The notes: a model not told the origin generated them from the sequence alone. 64,000 nucleotides of DNA from Ranitomeya imitator (GCF_032444005.1 NC_091289.1:5394001-5458000); one strand, 5' to 3'; positions 24,240 to 38,090 are shown, numbered from the stretch's first letter. Numbers and translations are program-made.

Positions 24240-26307
24240 GGACGCCCAGTCTAAAAATTCACAGTTCAAAAATTCTCAGTCCGGAGACGCCCCATCCGGA
24301 GATGCTCAGTCTGGAGAAGCGCAGTCCAGAGAAGCTCAGCAAACTCTGGAGCTCAGCACGGAGACGCCAGTCTAAACATTCACAGTCCAAAATGTCTCAG
24401 TCCGGAGACGCCCCATCCGGAGAAGCTCAGTCCGGAGAAGCTCAGTCCGGAGAAGCTCAGCCCGGAGAAGCTCAGCCCGGAGCTCAGTCCATAGAAGCTC
24501 AGTCCGGAGAAGCTCAGCACGGAGAAACTCAGTCCGGAGAAGCTCAGTCCAGAGAAGCTCAGCCCGGAGAAACTCAGTCCGGAGAAGCTCAGTCCAGAGA
24601 AGCTCAGCCCGGAGAAGCTCAGTCCGGAGAAGCTCAGCCCGGAGAAGCTCAGTCCGGAGAAACTTAGTCCGGAGAAACTTAGTCCGGAGAAGCTCAGTCC
24701 AGAGAAGCTCAGTCCGGAGAAGCTCAGCACGGAAGCTTAGCACGGAGAAGCTCAGTCCGGAGAAGCTCAGCCCGGAGAAACTCAGTCCGGAGAAGCTCAG
24801 TCCAGAGAAGCTCAGCCCGGAGAAACTCAGTCAGGAGAAGCTCAGTCCAGAGAAGCTCAGCCCGGAGAAGCTCAGTCCGGAGAAGCTCAGCCCGGAGAAG
24901 CTCAGTCCGGAGAAGCTCAGCACAGAATCTCAGCACGGAGAAGCTCAGTCCAGAGAAGCTCAGCCCGGAGAAGCTCACTCCGGAGAAGCTCAGTCCAGAG
25001 AAGCTCAGTCCGGAGAATCTCAGCATGGAGCTCAGTCTGGAGCTCAGCCTTGAGTAGCTCAGCCTGAAGAAGCTCAGTCCAGAGAAGCTCAGCCTGGAGT
25101 AGCTCAGCCTGAAGAAGCTCATTCCAGAGAAGCTCAGCCTGGAGAAGCTCAGTTTGGAGAAGCTCAGTCCGGAGAAGCTCAGCACGGAGAAGCTCAATCC
25201 GGAGAAGCTCAGTCCGGAGAAGCTCAGCCAGGAGAAGCTCATCCCGGAGAAGTTCAGTCCAGAGACGCTCAGCCCAGAGAAGCTCAGCCTGGAGAAGCTC
25301 AGTCCGGAAAAGCTCAGTCTGGAGAAGCTCAGTCCGGAGAAGCTCAGTCCGGAGAAGCTCAGTCCGGAGAAGCTCAGCATGGAGAAGCTCAGTCCGGAAA
25401 AGCTCAGCCCGGAAAAGCTCAGTCTGGAGAAGCTCAGCCTGGAGTAGCTCAGCCTGGCGAAGCTCAGTCCAGAGAAGCTCAGCCTGGAGAAGATCAGTCT
25501 GGAGAAGATCAGTCCGGAGAGGCTCAGTCCGGAGAAGCTCAGCCCAGAGCTCAGCATGGAGAAGCTCAGCCCGGAGAAGCTCAGCCTGGATAAGCTCAGC
25601 CCGGAGAAGCTCAGCGTGGATAAGCTCAGTCCGAAGAAGCTCAGCATGGAGAAGCTCAGTCCAGAGAAGCTCAGCCTGGAGAAGCTCAGCTCGGAGAAGT
25701 TCAGTCCGGAGCTCAGTCCGGAGAAGCTCAGCCAGGAGAAGCTCAGTCCGGAGAAGCTCAGCCTGGAGAAGCTCAGCCCAGAGAAGCTCAGTCCGGAGAA
25801 GCTCAGTTTGTAGAAGCTCAGCCCGGAGCTTAGTCTGGAGAAGCTCAGTCCGGAGAAGCTCAGCCCGGAGCTCAGTCTGGAGAAGCTCAGCCCAGAGAAG
25901 CTCAGTCCGGAGAAGCTCAGTTTGGAGAAGCTCAGCCCGGAGCTCAGTCTGGAGAAGCTCAGTCCGGAGAAGCTCAGTCCGGAGAAGCTCAGCCTGGAGT
26001 AGCTCAGTCCGGAGAAGCTCAGCCTGGAGGAGCTCAGACTGGAGAAGCTTAGTCCGGAGAAGCTCTGTCTGGAGAAGCTCAGTCCGGAGAAGGTCGGCCC
26101 AGAGAAGCTCAGCCAGAGAAGCTCAGCCTGGAGAAGCTCAGTCTGGAGAAGCTCAGTCCGGAGAAGCTCAGTCTGGAGAAGCTCAGTCCAAAAACTCTCA
26201 GTCCAAAGTCACTCAGTCTAGAGGTGTTCTGTCCGAAGATACGCAGTCCAAAAACGCTCAATCTGATGGCGCTCAGTCCAGATACTCAGTCTGGAGACAC
26301 TCCATCT
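24240..26307. repeat. 15-bp minisatellite (GGAGAAGCTCAGTCC) with degenerate edges
   Basis: Direct tandem copies; gives the EKLSP, GEAQS and LSFSG ORFs, broken by frameshifts. Confidence 0.95.
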
Positions 26308-27190
26308 GGCTCTGTGACTCGCTGCTCCCGCTCTGTGACTCGCTGCCCCCACTCTGTGGCTCGCTGCCCCCGCTATGTGGCTCGCTGCTCCCGCTCTGTG
26401 GCTCGCTGCTCCCCGCTCTGTGGCTCGTCGCCCCCGCTCTGTGGCTCGCTGCTCCCGCTCTGTGACTCGCTATTCCCGCTCTGTGACTCGCTGCTCCCGC
26501 TCTGTGGCTCGTCGCCCCCGCTCTGTGGCTCGCTGCCCCCGCTCTGTGGCTCGCTGCCCCCGCTCTGTGGCTCGCTGCTCCCCGCTCTGTGGCTCGTTGC
26601 CCCCGCTCTGTGGCTCGCTGCTCCCGCTCTGTGACTCGCTGCTCCCGCTCTGTGACTCGCTGCCCCCCCTCTGTGGCTCGCTGCCCCCGCTATGTGCCTC
26701 GCTGCCCCCGCTATGTGGCTCGCTGCTCCCGCTCTGTGGCTCGCTGCTCCCGCTCTGTGGCTCGCTGCTCCCCGCTCTGTGGCTCGTCGCCCCCGCTCTG
26801 TGGCTCGCTGCTCCCGCTCTGTGACTCGCTGCTCCCGCTCTGTGACTCGCTGCTCCCGCTCTGTGGCTCGTCGCCCCCGCTCTGTGGCTCGGTGCCCCCG
26901 CCCTGTGGCTTGCTGCTCCCCGCTCTGTGGCTCGTCGCCCCCGCTCTGTGGCTCACTGCTTCCCGCTCTGTGGCTCGCTGCCCCCGCTCTGTGGCTCGCT
27001 GCCCCCGCTCTGTGGCTCGCTGCTCCCCGCTCTGTGGCTCGTCGCCCCCCGCTCTGTGGCTCGCTGCCCCCCGCTCTGTGGCTCGCTGCTTCCCGCTCTG
27101 TGGCTCGCTGCCCCCGCTCTGTGGCTCGCTGCCCCCGCTCTGTGGCTCATTGCCCCCGCTCTGTGGCTTGCTGTCCTCCGCTCTGTGACT
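26308..27190. repeat. 20-22-bp GC-rich minisatellite (GCTCTGTGGCTCGCTGCTCCC)
   Basis: Direct tandem copies abutting the 15-bp array. Confidence 0.95.
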
Positions 27191-28737
27191 CCATGTGGCT
27201 CATATTTGTTCCTGTCTTACATCTGCCCCCATAGTGGCCTGATCTGAATCCTCGTGCCACCCTGAAGAGAATGACGCAGCTTTCCTAGGTCCAGATCTGC
27301 TGCAGTTCTGGTACCGTGCCCACTATAGGGGTGGAAATGACCCGCCATCCTCAGAACAGATAGAGGGCACTCCAGGGAGAGGAGCTGACACTTTTATTTG
27401 TTTATTCCCCACTTTTAGGGGGTCATTCACTTTGCTCAGCATCACGAGCACATGGCACAGAGGCCCGGATTTGAGACCTGGACTGGATCCCTTTAACAAG
27501 GTTCCGGAGCCATCACACCACAGTGCGGGTCCTGATTGCACAATTTGGGGGATTTTCGTGCGTTATGGGGCAGGTGGGACGGCGTGATCTGGGATTGGCG
27601 TCACTCCAGACGTTCCTTCATGGAACATTAGTACAGTAAATTCTTTCTCTCGGGCAGAGGACGGTGGAAATGAAATCAGCAGCAATGTTTGCTTTTATGT
27701 GGTTACATTTAATTTCCATGTAAAGGAGAAAAACACGAAAGACGAAGTCTGGAGCAGAGGGCGAGGCGGCAGGAACCGCGCGGATCCTAAAAAACATAAT
27801 AACAAGTGAATCAGATCACGAGGGATGATGGGGGCTTATTACAGCCCCCAAAACATTCAGTGTCATCAATTCTGCAATATTTTACTGCTCCCTGGATCCA
27901 GCCAGCAGTGTAAAGTACAGTGGTGTATATAGCTGCGTCATGATGAGACCCCAGAACCACGGTCCATTATCAGCTGAAGAAGAGGCTCCACCATAAGAAT
28001 CGCTGTCACTTCAAGAAACTCAATAGTGTCAGAAAATAAAAGAGACTTAGCAATATATCAGGAAATGTGCTTCTTTCTCCACTTATAGACCACTTTGGCT
28101 GTTGTAGCCCTTAGTTAATCTCACCCAGAGCTGGATTCACAGCTCTACAGCTCAGTGCTGCTCTATAATTGCCTTCATTCTGATGCTTTCTAGAAAGTGT
28201 TTTATCGCACCTCATCTTCAGCTGCAATACTGCTGTATAATGTCTTCTACACCGCTGCTGCTTTCTAGTAAGTATTTATCTCACTACAGAGCAGGATCTG
28301 CAGCTACACTGCTCAGGGCTGCTGTATAATGTCCTCTACCCAGCTGCTTTCTAGTAAGTGCTTTATCTCACAACAGAGCTGCATTCATAACTACTCAGCT
28401 CAGTACTGATGTATTATGTCCTTTATGCTGATGCATTTTTTCTCACCTGAGTGCTGCATTCACATCTGCACTGCTCAGTACTGCTGTATAATGTCCTCCA
28501 TGTTGCAGCTGCTTAATATGCTGTACAATAAGAAGAGCAGGCATCCATCATGTCTGTGTCTGCTGTTTATGGGAGACATTATGGCAGCTTGTCTACATCC
28601 TCCAGCTAAGAGACAACTGATAATTACAGATGGGGTCTGCAGGGAGGAAACTGGTGAAATTGCAGAATGCAAATCGCATCGCTGGACGGCTCCTCCTGAA
28701 CAGTCACCTGAAGCTACAGCTGTCCCAGGAGCCAAGC

Positions 28738-28810
28738 GGCCCAGTGGCCTAATGGATAAGGCGCCAGCCTCCGGAGCTGGAGATTGTGGGTTCAAGTCCC
28801 ATCTGGGTCG
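28738..28810 (+). tRNA. tRNA-Arg (anticodon CCG), 73 nt, no intron
   Basis: Folds by hand into a full cloverleaf: acceptor GGCCCAG/CTGGGTC, D stem GCCT/AGGC, anticodon stem CCAGC/GCTGG with loop CT-CCG-GA, T stem GTGGG/CCCAT with loop TTCAAGT. TTTT Pol III terminator-like run at 28815-28818. Confidence 0.93.
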
Positions 28811-29084
28811 GAAATTTTAGGAACTTGCAAAATCCACGGACAGAATTTACCAAAAGTGTCAGATGTCAGGTATCGATCACAGGAGTGAAGAAGTCATGGA
28901 GCATTAATAATATATGTGTTTATCTGCATTTTTATCATTCTGGAAGAAGAGGGGTTAAGTAAGCAGCACAGAGGATTTGAGGATAGGAGTGTTCTAATCT
29001 GGGCGGTCACTGACAGCAGCACAGAGTATTTCAGAATGCAGATTATGTGGGAGGTCACAGACTGAGGGCTACATATTATAAGGA

Positions 29085-30520
29085 AGTGTGTCCTGCAGCA
29101 GCACAGAGTATTTTAGGAGCCCACAAATTATGTGGACGGCCATAGACAGAGGGGCTTCAAGCAGCACAGAGTATTTCAGGATTGATAGATGTGGGAGGTT
29201 TCAGAATGAGGGTTACATTGTATAAGGAGGCGTGTCCTGCAGCAGCACAGAGTATTTCAGGATTGATAGATGTGGGAGGTCTCAGAATGAGGGTTACATT
29301 GTATAAGGAGGCGTGTCCTGCAGCAGCACAGAGTATTTCAGGATTGATTGTTAGATGTGGGATGTCTCAGAATGAGGGTTACATTGTATAAGGAGGCGTG
29401 TCCTGCAGCAGTACAGAGTATTTCAGGATTGATAGATGTGGTAGGTTTCAGAATGAGGGTTACATTGTATAAGGAGGCGTGTCATGCAGCAGCACAGAGT
29501 ATTTCAGGATTGATTGTTAGATGTGGGAGGTCTCAGAATGAGGGTTACATTGTATAAGGAGGCGTGTCATGCAGCAGCACAGAGTATTTCAGGATTGATT
29601 GTTAGATGTGGTAGGTTTCAGAATGAGGGTTACATTGTATAAGGAGGCGTGTCCTGCAGCAGCACAGAGTATTTCAGGATTGATAGATGTGGGAGGTCTC
29701 AGAATGAGGGTTACATTGTATAAGGAGGCGTGTCCTGCAGCAGCACAGAGTATTTCAGGACTGATTGTTAGATGTGGGAGGTCTCAGAATGAGGGTTACA
29801 TTGTATAAGGAGGCGTGTCCTGCAGCGGCACAGAGTATTTCAGGATTGATTGTTAGATGTGGGAGGTCTCAGAATGAGGGTTACATTGTATAAGGAGGCG
29901 TGTCATGCAGCGGCACAGAGTATTTCAGGACTGATTGTTAGATGTGGGAGGTCTCAGAATGAGGGTTACATTGTATAAGGAGGCGTGTCCTGCAGCAGCA
30001 CAGAGTATTTCAGGGTTGATTGTTAGATGTCGGAGGTCTCAGAATGAGGGTTACATAGTATAAGGAGGCGTGTCCTGCAGCAGCACAGAGTATTTCAGGA
30101 TTGATTGTTAGATGTGGGAGGTCTCAGAATGAGGGTTACATTGTATAAGGAGGCGTGTCCTGCAGCAGCACAGAGTATTTCAGGATTGATTGTTAGATGT
30201 CGGAGGTCTCAGAATGAGGGTTACATTGTATAAGGAGGCGTGTCCTGCAGCAGCACAGAGTATTTCAGGACTGATTGTTAGATGTGGGAGGTCTCAGAAT
30301 GAGGGTTACATTGTATAAGGAGGCGTGTCCTGCAGCAGCACAGAGTATTTCAGGATTGATTGTTGGATGTGGGAGGTCTCAGAATGAGGGTTACATTGTA
30401 TAAGGAGGCGTGTCCTGCAGCGGCACAGAGTATTTCAGGATTGATTGTTAGATGTGGGAGGTCTCAGAATGAGGGTTACATTGTATAAGGAGGCGTGTCT
30501 TGCAGCAGCACAGAGTATTT
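29085..30520. repeat. 81/85-bp minisatellite (GCAGCACAGAGTATTTCAGGATTGA[TTGT]TAGATGTGGGAGGTCTCAGAATGAGGGTTACATTGTATAAGGAGGCGTGTCCTGCA), about 16 copies
   Basis: Direct tandem copies starting about 280 nt downstream of the tRNA. Confidence 0.95.
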
Positions 30521-31319
30521 TAAGAGAGGGTGAGTGTATCATCTCCTCCTCAGCTCTTTAGGTGGTTGTCACTCAGCTTTCCTGGGCTCCTGATCAGCCT
30601 CGTTATCAGTATATTAAGAGGTTTGGATCCGGTAAAGATGGGTGACAACAGCTGAAGATCACCAATGGTCGCCGGATTGGTTGTCGCCCGTTTTCTCAGG
30701 ACGGACACTTTTTATTTATGGCGGATGATCTGATTTGCCTGCGGGTCTTTCTTGCTGCTTTTTATGCACATTTTTCAGGCAAGGTAAATAGATATTTTCT
30801 CTTTGGCTTTAATTTCTTCCATCTGCAACTTCCCGGTCCAGAAAGTGGGAGCGAGCGGATAAATAAGACATAAAGCAGAATCTGTGCCGCCTGTGTGTGA
30901 CCTGAGGGGCCGGCGGTGCCAGCGGGCGCAGTCAGACCTGTGCCAGTCACACACGGAAGTCTGAGTCACCGACAGCGAGGGGCAGCGGTGCCAAAACCTG
31001 CACATCCGGGAGAAAGGTTATTAATGGTATCACTCCCACTATCTGCAGCCACTCACCAGAGAACACAAGTGATTCATGGACACAAAGAAACGACTGAAAA
31101 TACAGAAGAAAAATATTATTTACAATAAAAGCCCGAGGAAAAGTGAAGTAACCAGAAAAAGCCGATCACTGCACTCTCCACCCGGCCACGGCCCATCTGT
31201 TACTCAGCTAATGGGCCCAACACGCGGTGCTGAGAAACCTCGTATCACATCCACATAGAAGACACAGCCCTGAGAACCCAAAACAAAGCTCCAAAACTCC
31301 AGTGACGATCAAAGCTGTC

Positions 31320-34300
31320 AGTCTGCAGCCACCACTAGGGGGAGCTCCCTGTATACAGAGATACATGATAAGATCCTGTCTGCAGTCACCACTAGGGGGA
31401 GCTCCCTGTATACAGAGATACATGATAAGATCCTGTCTGCAGTCACCACTAGGGGGAGCTCCCTGTATACAGAGATACATGATAAGATCCTGTCTGCAGT
31501 CACCACTAGAGGAGCTCCCTGTATACAGAGATACATGATAAGATCCTGTCTGCAGTCACCACTAGAGGAGCTCCCTGTATACAGAGATACATGATAAGAT
31601 CCTGTCTGCAGTCACCACTAGAGGAGCTCCCTGTATACAGAGATACATGATAAGATCCTCTCTGCAGCCACCACTAGGGGGAGCTCCCTGTATACAGAGA
31701 TACATGATAAGATCCTGTCTGCAGCCACCACTAGAGGGAGCTCCTTGTATACAGAGATACGTGATAAGATCCTGTCTGCAGCTACCACTAGGGGGAGCTC
31801 CCTGTATACAGAGATACATGATAAGATCCTGTCTGCAGTCACCACAAGGGGGAGCCCCCTGTATACAGAGATACATGATAAGATCCTGTCTGCAGCCTCC
31901 ACTAGGGGGAGCTCCCTGTATACAGAGATACATGATAAGATCCTGTCTGCAGACACCACTAGTGGGAGCTCCCTGTATACAGAGATACATGATAAGATCC
32001 TGTCTGCAGCCACCACTAGGGGGAGCTCCCTGTATACAGAGATACATGATAAGATCCTGTCTGCAGCCACCACTAGGGGGAGCTCCCTGTATACAGAGAT
32101 ACATGATAAGATCCTGTCTGCAGACACCACTAGTGGGAGCTCCCTGTATACAGAGATACATGATAAGATCCTGTCTGCAGCCACCACTAGGGGGAGCTCC
32201 CTGTATACAGAGATACATGATAAGATCCTGTCTGCAGCCACCACTAGGGGGAGCTCCCTGTATACAGAGATACATGATAAGATCCTGTCTGCAGACACCA
32301 CTAGTGGGAGCTCCCTGTATACAGAGATACATGATAAGATTCTGTCTGCAGACACCACTAGTGGGAGCTCCCTGTATACAGAGATACATGATAAGATCCT
32401 GTCTGCAGACACCACTAGTGGGAGCTCCCTGTATACAGAGATACATGATAAGATCCTGTCTGCAGTCACCACTAGGGGGAGCCCCCTGTATACAGAGATA
32501 CATGATAAGATCCTGTCTGCAGCCACCACTAGGGGGAGCTCCTGTATACAGAGATACATGATAAGATCCTGTCTGCAGACACCACTAGTGGGAGCTCCCT
32601 GTATACAGAGATACATGATAAGATCCTGTCTGCAGTCACCACTAGGGGGAGCCCCCTGTATACAGAGATACATGATAAGATCCTGTCTGCAGCCACCACT
32701 AGGGGGAGCTCCCTGTATACAGAGATACATGATAAGATCCTGTCTGCAGACACCACTAGTGGGAGCTCCCTGTATACAGAGATACATGATAAGATCCTGT
32801 CTGCAGTCACCACTAGGGGGAGCCCCCTGTATACAGAGATACATGATAAGATCCTGTCTGCAGCCACCACTAGGGGGAGCTCCCTGTATACATAGATACG
32901 TGATAAGATCCTGTCTGCAGCTACCACTAGGGGGAGCTCCCTGTATACAGAGATACATGATAAGATCCTGTCTGCAGTCACCACTAGGGGGAGCCCCCTG
33001 TATACAGAGATACATGATAAGATCCTGTCTGCAGTCACCACTAGGGGGAGCCCCCTGTATACAGAGATACATGATAAGATCCTGTCTGCAGCCACCACTA
33101 GAGGGAGCTCCCTGTATACATAGATACGTGATAAGATCCTGTCTGCAGCTACCACTAGGGGGAGCTCCCTGTATACAGAGATACATGATAAGATCCTGTC
33201 TGCAGTCACCACTAGGGGGAGCCCCCTGTATACAGAGATACATGATAAGATCCTGTCTGCAGCCACCACTAGAGGGAGCTCCCTGTATACAGAGATACAT
33301 GATAAGATCCTGTCTGCAGCCACCACTAGGGGGAGCTCCCTGTATACAGAGATACATGATAAGATCCTGTCTGCAGACACCACTAGGGGGAGCTCCCTGT
33401 ATACAGAGATACATGATAAGATCCTGTCTGCAGCCACCACTAGGGGGAGCCCCCTGTATACAGAGATACATGATAAGATCCTGTCTGCAGCCACCACTAG
33501 TGGGAGCTCCCTGTATACAGAGATACATGATAAGATCCTGTCTGCAGTCACCACTAGGGGGAGCCCCCTGTATACAGAGATACATGATAAGATCCTGTCT
33601 GCAGCCACCACTAGGGGGAGCTCCCTGTATACAGAGATACATGATAAGATCCTGTCTGCAGCCACCACTAGGGGGAGCTCCCTGTATACAGAGATACATA
33701 ATAAGATCCTGTCTGCAGGCACCAGTAGGGGGAGCTCCCTGTATATAGAGATACATAATAAGATCATGTCTGCAGCCACCAGTAGGGGGAGCTCCCTGTA
33801 TACAGAGATACATGATAAGATCCTGTCTGCAGCCACCACTAGGGGGAGCTCCCTGTATACAGAGATACATGATAAGATCCTGTCTGCAGACACCACTAGT
33901 GGGAGCTCCCTGTATACAGAGATACATGATAAGATCCTGTCTGCAGTCACCACTAGGGGGAGCCCCCTGTATACAGAGATACATGATAAGATCCTGTCTG
34001 CAGCCACCACTAGGGGGAGCTCCCTGTATACATAGATACGTGATAAGATCCTGTCTGCAGCTACCACTAGGGGGAGCTCCCTGTATACAGAGATACATGA
34101 TAAGATCCTGTCTGCAGTCACCACTAGGGGGAGCCCCCTGTATACAGAGATACATGATAAGATCCTGTCTGCAGTCACCACTAGGGGGAGCCCCCTGTAT
34201 ACAGAGATACATGATAAGATCCTGTCTGCAGCCACCACTAGAGGGAGCTCCCTGTATACATAGATACGTGATAAGATCCTGTCTGCAGCTACCACTAGGG

Positions 34301-37300
34301 GGAGCTCCCTGTATACAGAGATACATGATAAGATCCTGTCTGCAGTCACCACTAGGGGGAGCCCCCTGTATACAGAGATACATGATAAGATCCTGTCTGC
34401 AGCCACCACTAGAGGGAGCTCCCTGTATACAGAGATACATGATAAGATCCTGTCTGCAGCCACCACTAGGGGGAGCTCCCTGTATACAGAGATACATGAT
34501 AAGATCCTGTCTGCAGACACCACTAGTGGGAGCTCCCTGTATACAGAGATACATGATAAGATCCTGTCTGCAGCCACCACTAGGGGGAGCCCCCTGTATA
34601 CAGAGATACATGATAAGATCCTGTCTGCAGCCACCACTAGTGGGAGCTCCCTGTATACAGAGATACATGATAAGATCCTGTCTGCAGTCACCACTAGGGG
34701 GAGCCCCCTGTATACAGAGATACATGATAAGATCCTGTCTGCAGCCACCACTAGGGGGAGCTCCCTGTATACAGAGATACATGATAAGATCCTGTCTGCA
34801 GCCACCACTAGGGGGAGCTCCCTGTATACAGAGATACGTGATAAGATCCTGTCTGCAGCCACCACTAGAGGGAGCTCCCTGTATACAGAGATACGTGATA
34901 AGATCCTGTCTGCAGCTACCACTAGGGGGAGCTCCCTGTATACAGAGATACATGATAAGATCCTGTCTGCAGTCACCACTAGGGGGAGCCCCCTGTATAC
35001 AGAGATACATGATAAGATCCTGTATGCAGCCACCACTAGAGGGAGCTCCCTGTATACAGAGATACATGATAAGATCCTGTCTGCAGCCACCACTAGGGGG
35101 AGCTCCCTGTATACAGAGATACATGATAAGATCCTGTCTGCAGACACCACTAGTGGGAGCTCCCTGTATACAGAGATACATGATAAGATCCTGTCTGCAG
35201 TCACCACTAGGGGGAGCCCCCTGTATACAGAGATACATGATAAGATCCTGTCTGCAGCCACCACTAGGGGGAGCTCCCTGTATACAGAGATACATGATAA
35301 GATCCTGTCTGCAGACACCACTAGTGGGAGCTCCCTGTATACAGAGATACATGATAAGATCCTGTCTGCAGTCACCACTAGGGGGAGCCCCCTGTATACA
35401 GAGATACATGATAAGATCCTGTCTGCAGTCACCACTAGGGGGAGCCCCCTGTATACAGAGATACATGATAAGATCCTTTCTGCAGCCACCACTAGAGGGA
35501 GCTCCCTGTATACAGAGATACATGATAAGATCCTGTCTGCAGCCACCACTAGGGGGAGCTCCCTGTATACAGATACATGATAAGATCCTGTCTGCAGCCA
35601 CCACTAGGGGGAGCTCCCTGTATACAGAGATACATGATAAGATCCTGTCTGCAGCCACCACTAGGGGGAGCTCCCTGTACACAGAGATACATGATAAGAT
35701 CCTGTCTGCAGTCACCACTAGGGGGAGCTCCCTGTATACTGAGATACATGATAAGATTCTGTCTGCAGTCACCACTAGGGGGAGTTCCCTGTATACAGAG
35801 ATACTTGATAAGATCCTGTCTGCAGTCACCACTAGGGGGAGCTCCCTGTATACAGAGATACGTGATTAGATCCTGTCTGCAGCCACCACTAGGGGGAGCT
35901 CCCTGTATACAGAGATACATGATAAGATCCTGTCTGCAGACACCACTAGTAGGAGCTCCCTGTATACAGAGATACATGATAAGATCCTGTCTGCAGTCAC
36001 CACTAGGGGGAGCCCCCTGTATACAGAGATACATGATAAGATCCTGTCTGCAGACACCACTAGGGGGAGCTCCCTGTATACAGAGATACATGATAAGATC
36101 CTGTCTGCAGACACCACTAGGGGGAGCTCCCTGTATACAGAGATACATGATAAGATCCTGTCTGCAGTCACCACTAGGGGGAGCCCCCTGTATACAGAGA
36201 TACATGATAAGATCCTGTCTGCAGCCACCATTAGAGGGAGCTCCCTGTATACAGAGATACATGATAAGATCCTGTCTGCAGCCACCACTAGGGGGAGCTC
36301 CCTGTATACAGATACATGATAAGATCCTGTCTGCAGCCACCACTAGGGGGAGCTCCCTGTATACAGAGATACATGATAAGATCCTGTCTGCAGCCACCAC
36401 TAGGGGGAGCTCCCTGTACACAGAGATATATGATAAGATCCTGTCTGCAGTCACCACTAGGGGGAGCTACCTGTATACTGAGATACATGATAAGATTCTG
36501 TCTGCAGTCACCACTAGGGGGAGCTCCCTGTATACAGAGATACTTGATAAGATCCTGTGTGCAGCCACCACTAGGGGGAGCTCCCTGTATACAGAGATAC
36601 GTGATAAGATCCTGTGTGCAGCCACCACTAGGGGGAGCTCCCTGTATACAGAGATACATGATAAGATCCTGTCTGCAGTCACCACTAGGGGGAGCTCCCT
36701 GTATACAGAGATACATGATAAGATCCTGCCTGCAGCCACCACTAGGTGGAGCTCCCTGTATACAGAGATACATGATAAGATCCTGTCTGCAGTCACCACT
36801 AGGGGACCTCCCTGTATACAGAGATACATGATAAGATCCTGTCTGCAGTCACCACTAGTGGGAGCTCCCTGTATACAGAGATACATGATAAGATCCTGTC
36901 TGCAGTCACCACTAGTGGGAGCTCCCTGTATACAGAGAAACATGATAACATCCTGTCTGCAGCCACCACTAGGGGAAGCTCCCTGTATACAGATACATGA
37001 TAAGATCCTGTCTGCAGTCACCACTAGGGGGTGCTCCCTGTATACAGAGATAGATGATAAGATCCTGTCTGCAGTCACCACTAGGGGGAGCTCCCTGTAT
37101 ACAGATATACATGATAAGATCCTGTCTGCAGCCACCACTGGGGGGAGCTCCCTGTATACAGATATACATGATAAGATCCTGTCTGCAGCCACCGCTAGGG
37201 GGAGCTCCCTGTATACAGAGATACATGATAAGATCCTGTCTGCAGCCACCACTGGGGGGAGCTCCCTGTATACAGATATACATGATAAGATCCTGTCTGC

Positions 37301-38090
37301 AGTCACCACTAGGGGGAGCTCCCTGTATACAGAGATACATGATAACATCCTGTCTGTAGCCACCACTAGGGGGAGCTCCCTGTATACAGAGATACATGAT
37401 AAGATCCTGTCTGCAGCCACCACTAGGGGGAGCTCCCTGTATACAGAGATACATGATAAGATCCTGTCTGCAGCCACCACTGGGGGGAGCTCCCTGTATA
37501 CAGATATACATGATAAGATCCTGTCTGCAGTCACCACTAGGGGGAGCTCCCTGTATACAGAGATACATGATAACATCCTGTCTGCAGCCACCACTAGGGG
37601 GAGCTCCCTGTATACAGAGATACATGATAAGATCCTGTCTGCAGCCTCCACTAGGGGGAGCTCCCTGTATACAGAGGTACATGATAAGATCCTGTCTACA
37701 GCCACCACTAGGGGGAGCTCCCTGTATACAGAGATACATGATAAGATCCAGTCTACAGCCACCACTAGGGGGAGCTCCCTGTATACAGAGATACATGAAA
37801 AGATCCTGTCTACAGCCACCACTAGGGGGAGCTCCCTGTATACAGAGATACATGATAAGATCCAGTCTACAGCCACCACTAGGGGGAGCTCCCTGTATAC
37901 AGAGATACATAATAAGATCCTGTCTACAGTCACCACTAGGGGGAGCTCCCTGTATACAGAGATACATAATAAGATCCTGTCTACAGTCACCACTAGGGGG
38001 AGCTCCCTGTATGCAGAGATACATGATAAGATTCTGTCTGCGGCTACCACTAGGGGGAGCTCCCTGTATACAGAGATACATGATAAGATC
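31320..38090. repeat. 57-bp minisatellite (AGCTCCCTGTATACAGAGATACATGATAAGATCCTGTCTGCAGCCACCACTAGGGGG), about 118 copies
   Basis: Direct tandem copies; 19-aa periodic ORFs on both strands. Confidence 0.97.

Noticed and set aside
24203-25813. SPEKL / GEAQS repeat ORFs resembling neurofilament KSP tails
   Set aside because: 15-bp repeat with frequent frameshifts and in-frame stops; no exon context.
31320-38090. TGCAG upstream of the CTCF-like core as the zinc-finger 9-11 upstream motif
   Set aside because: It lies only 3 nt from the core CCA, much closer than the known spacing.
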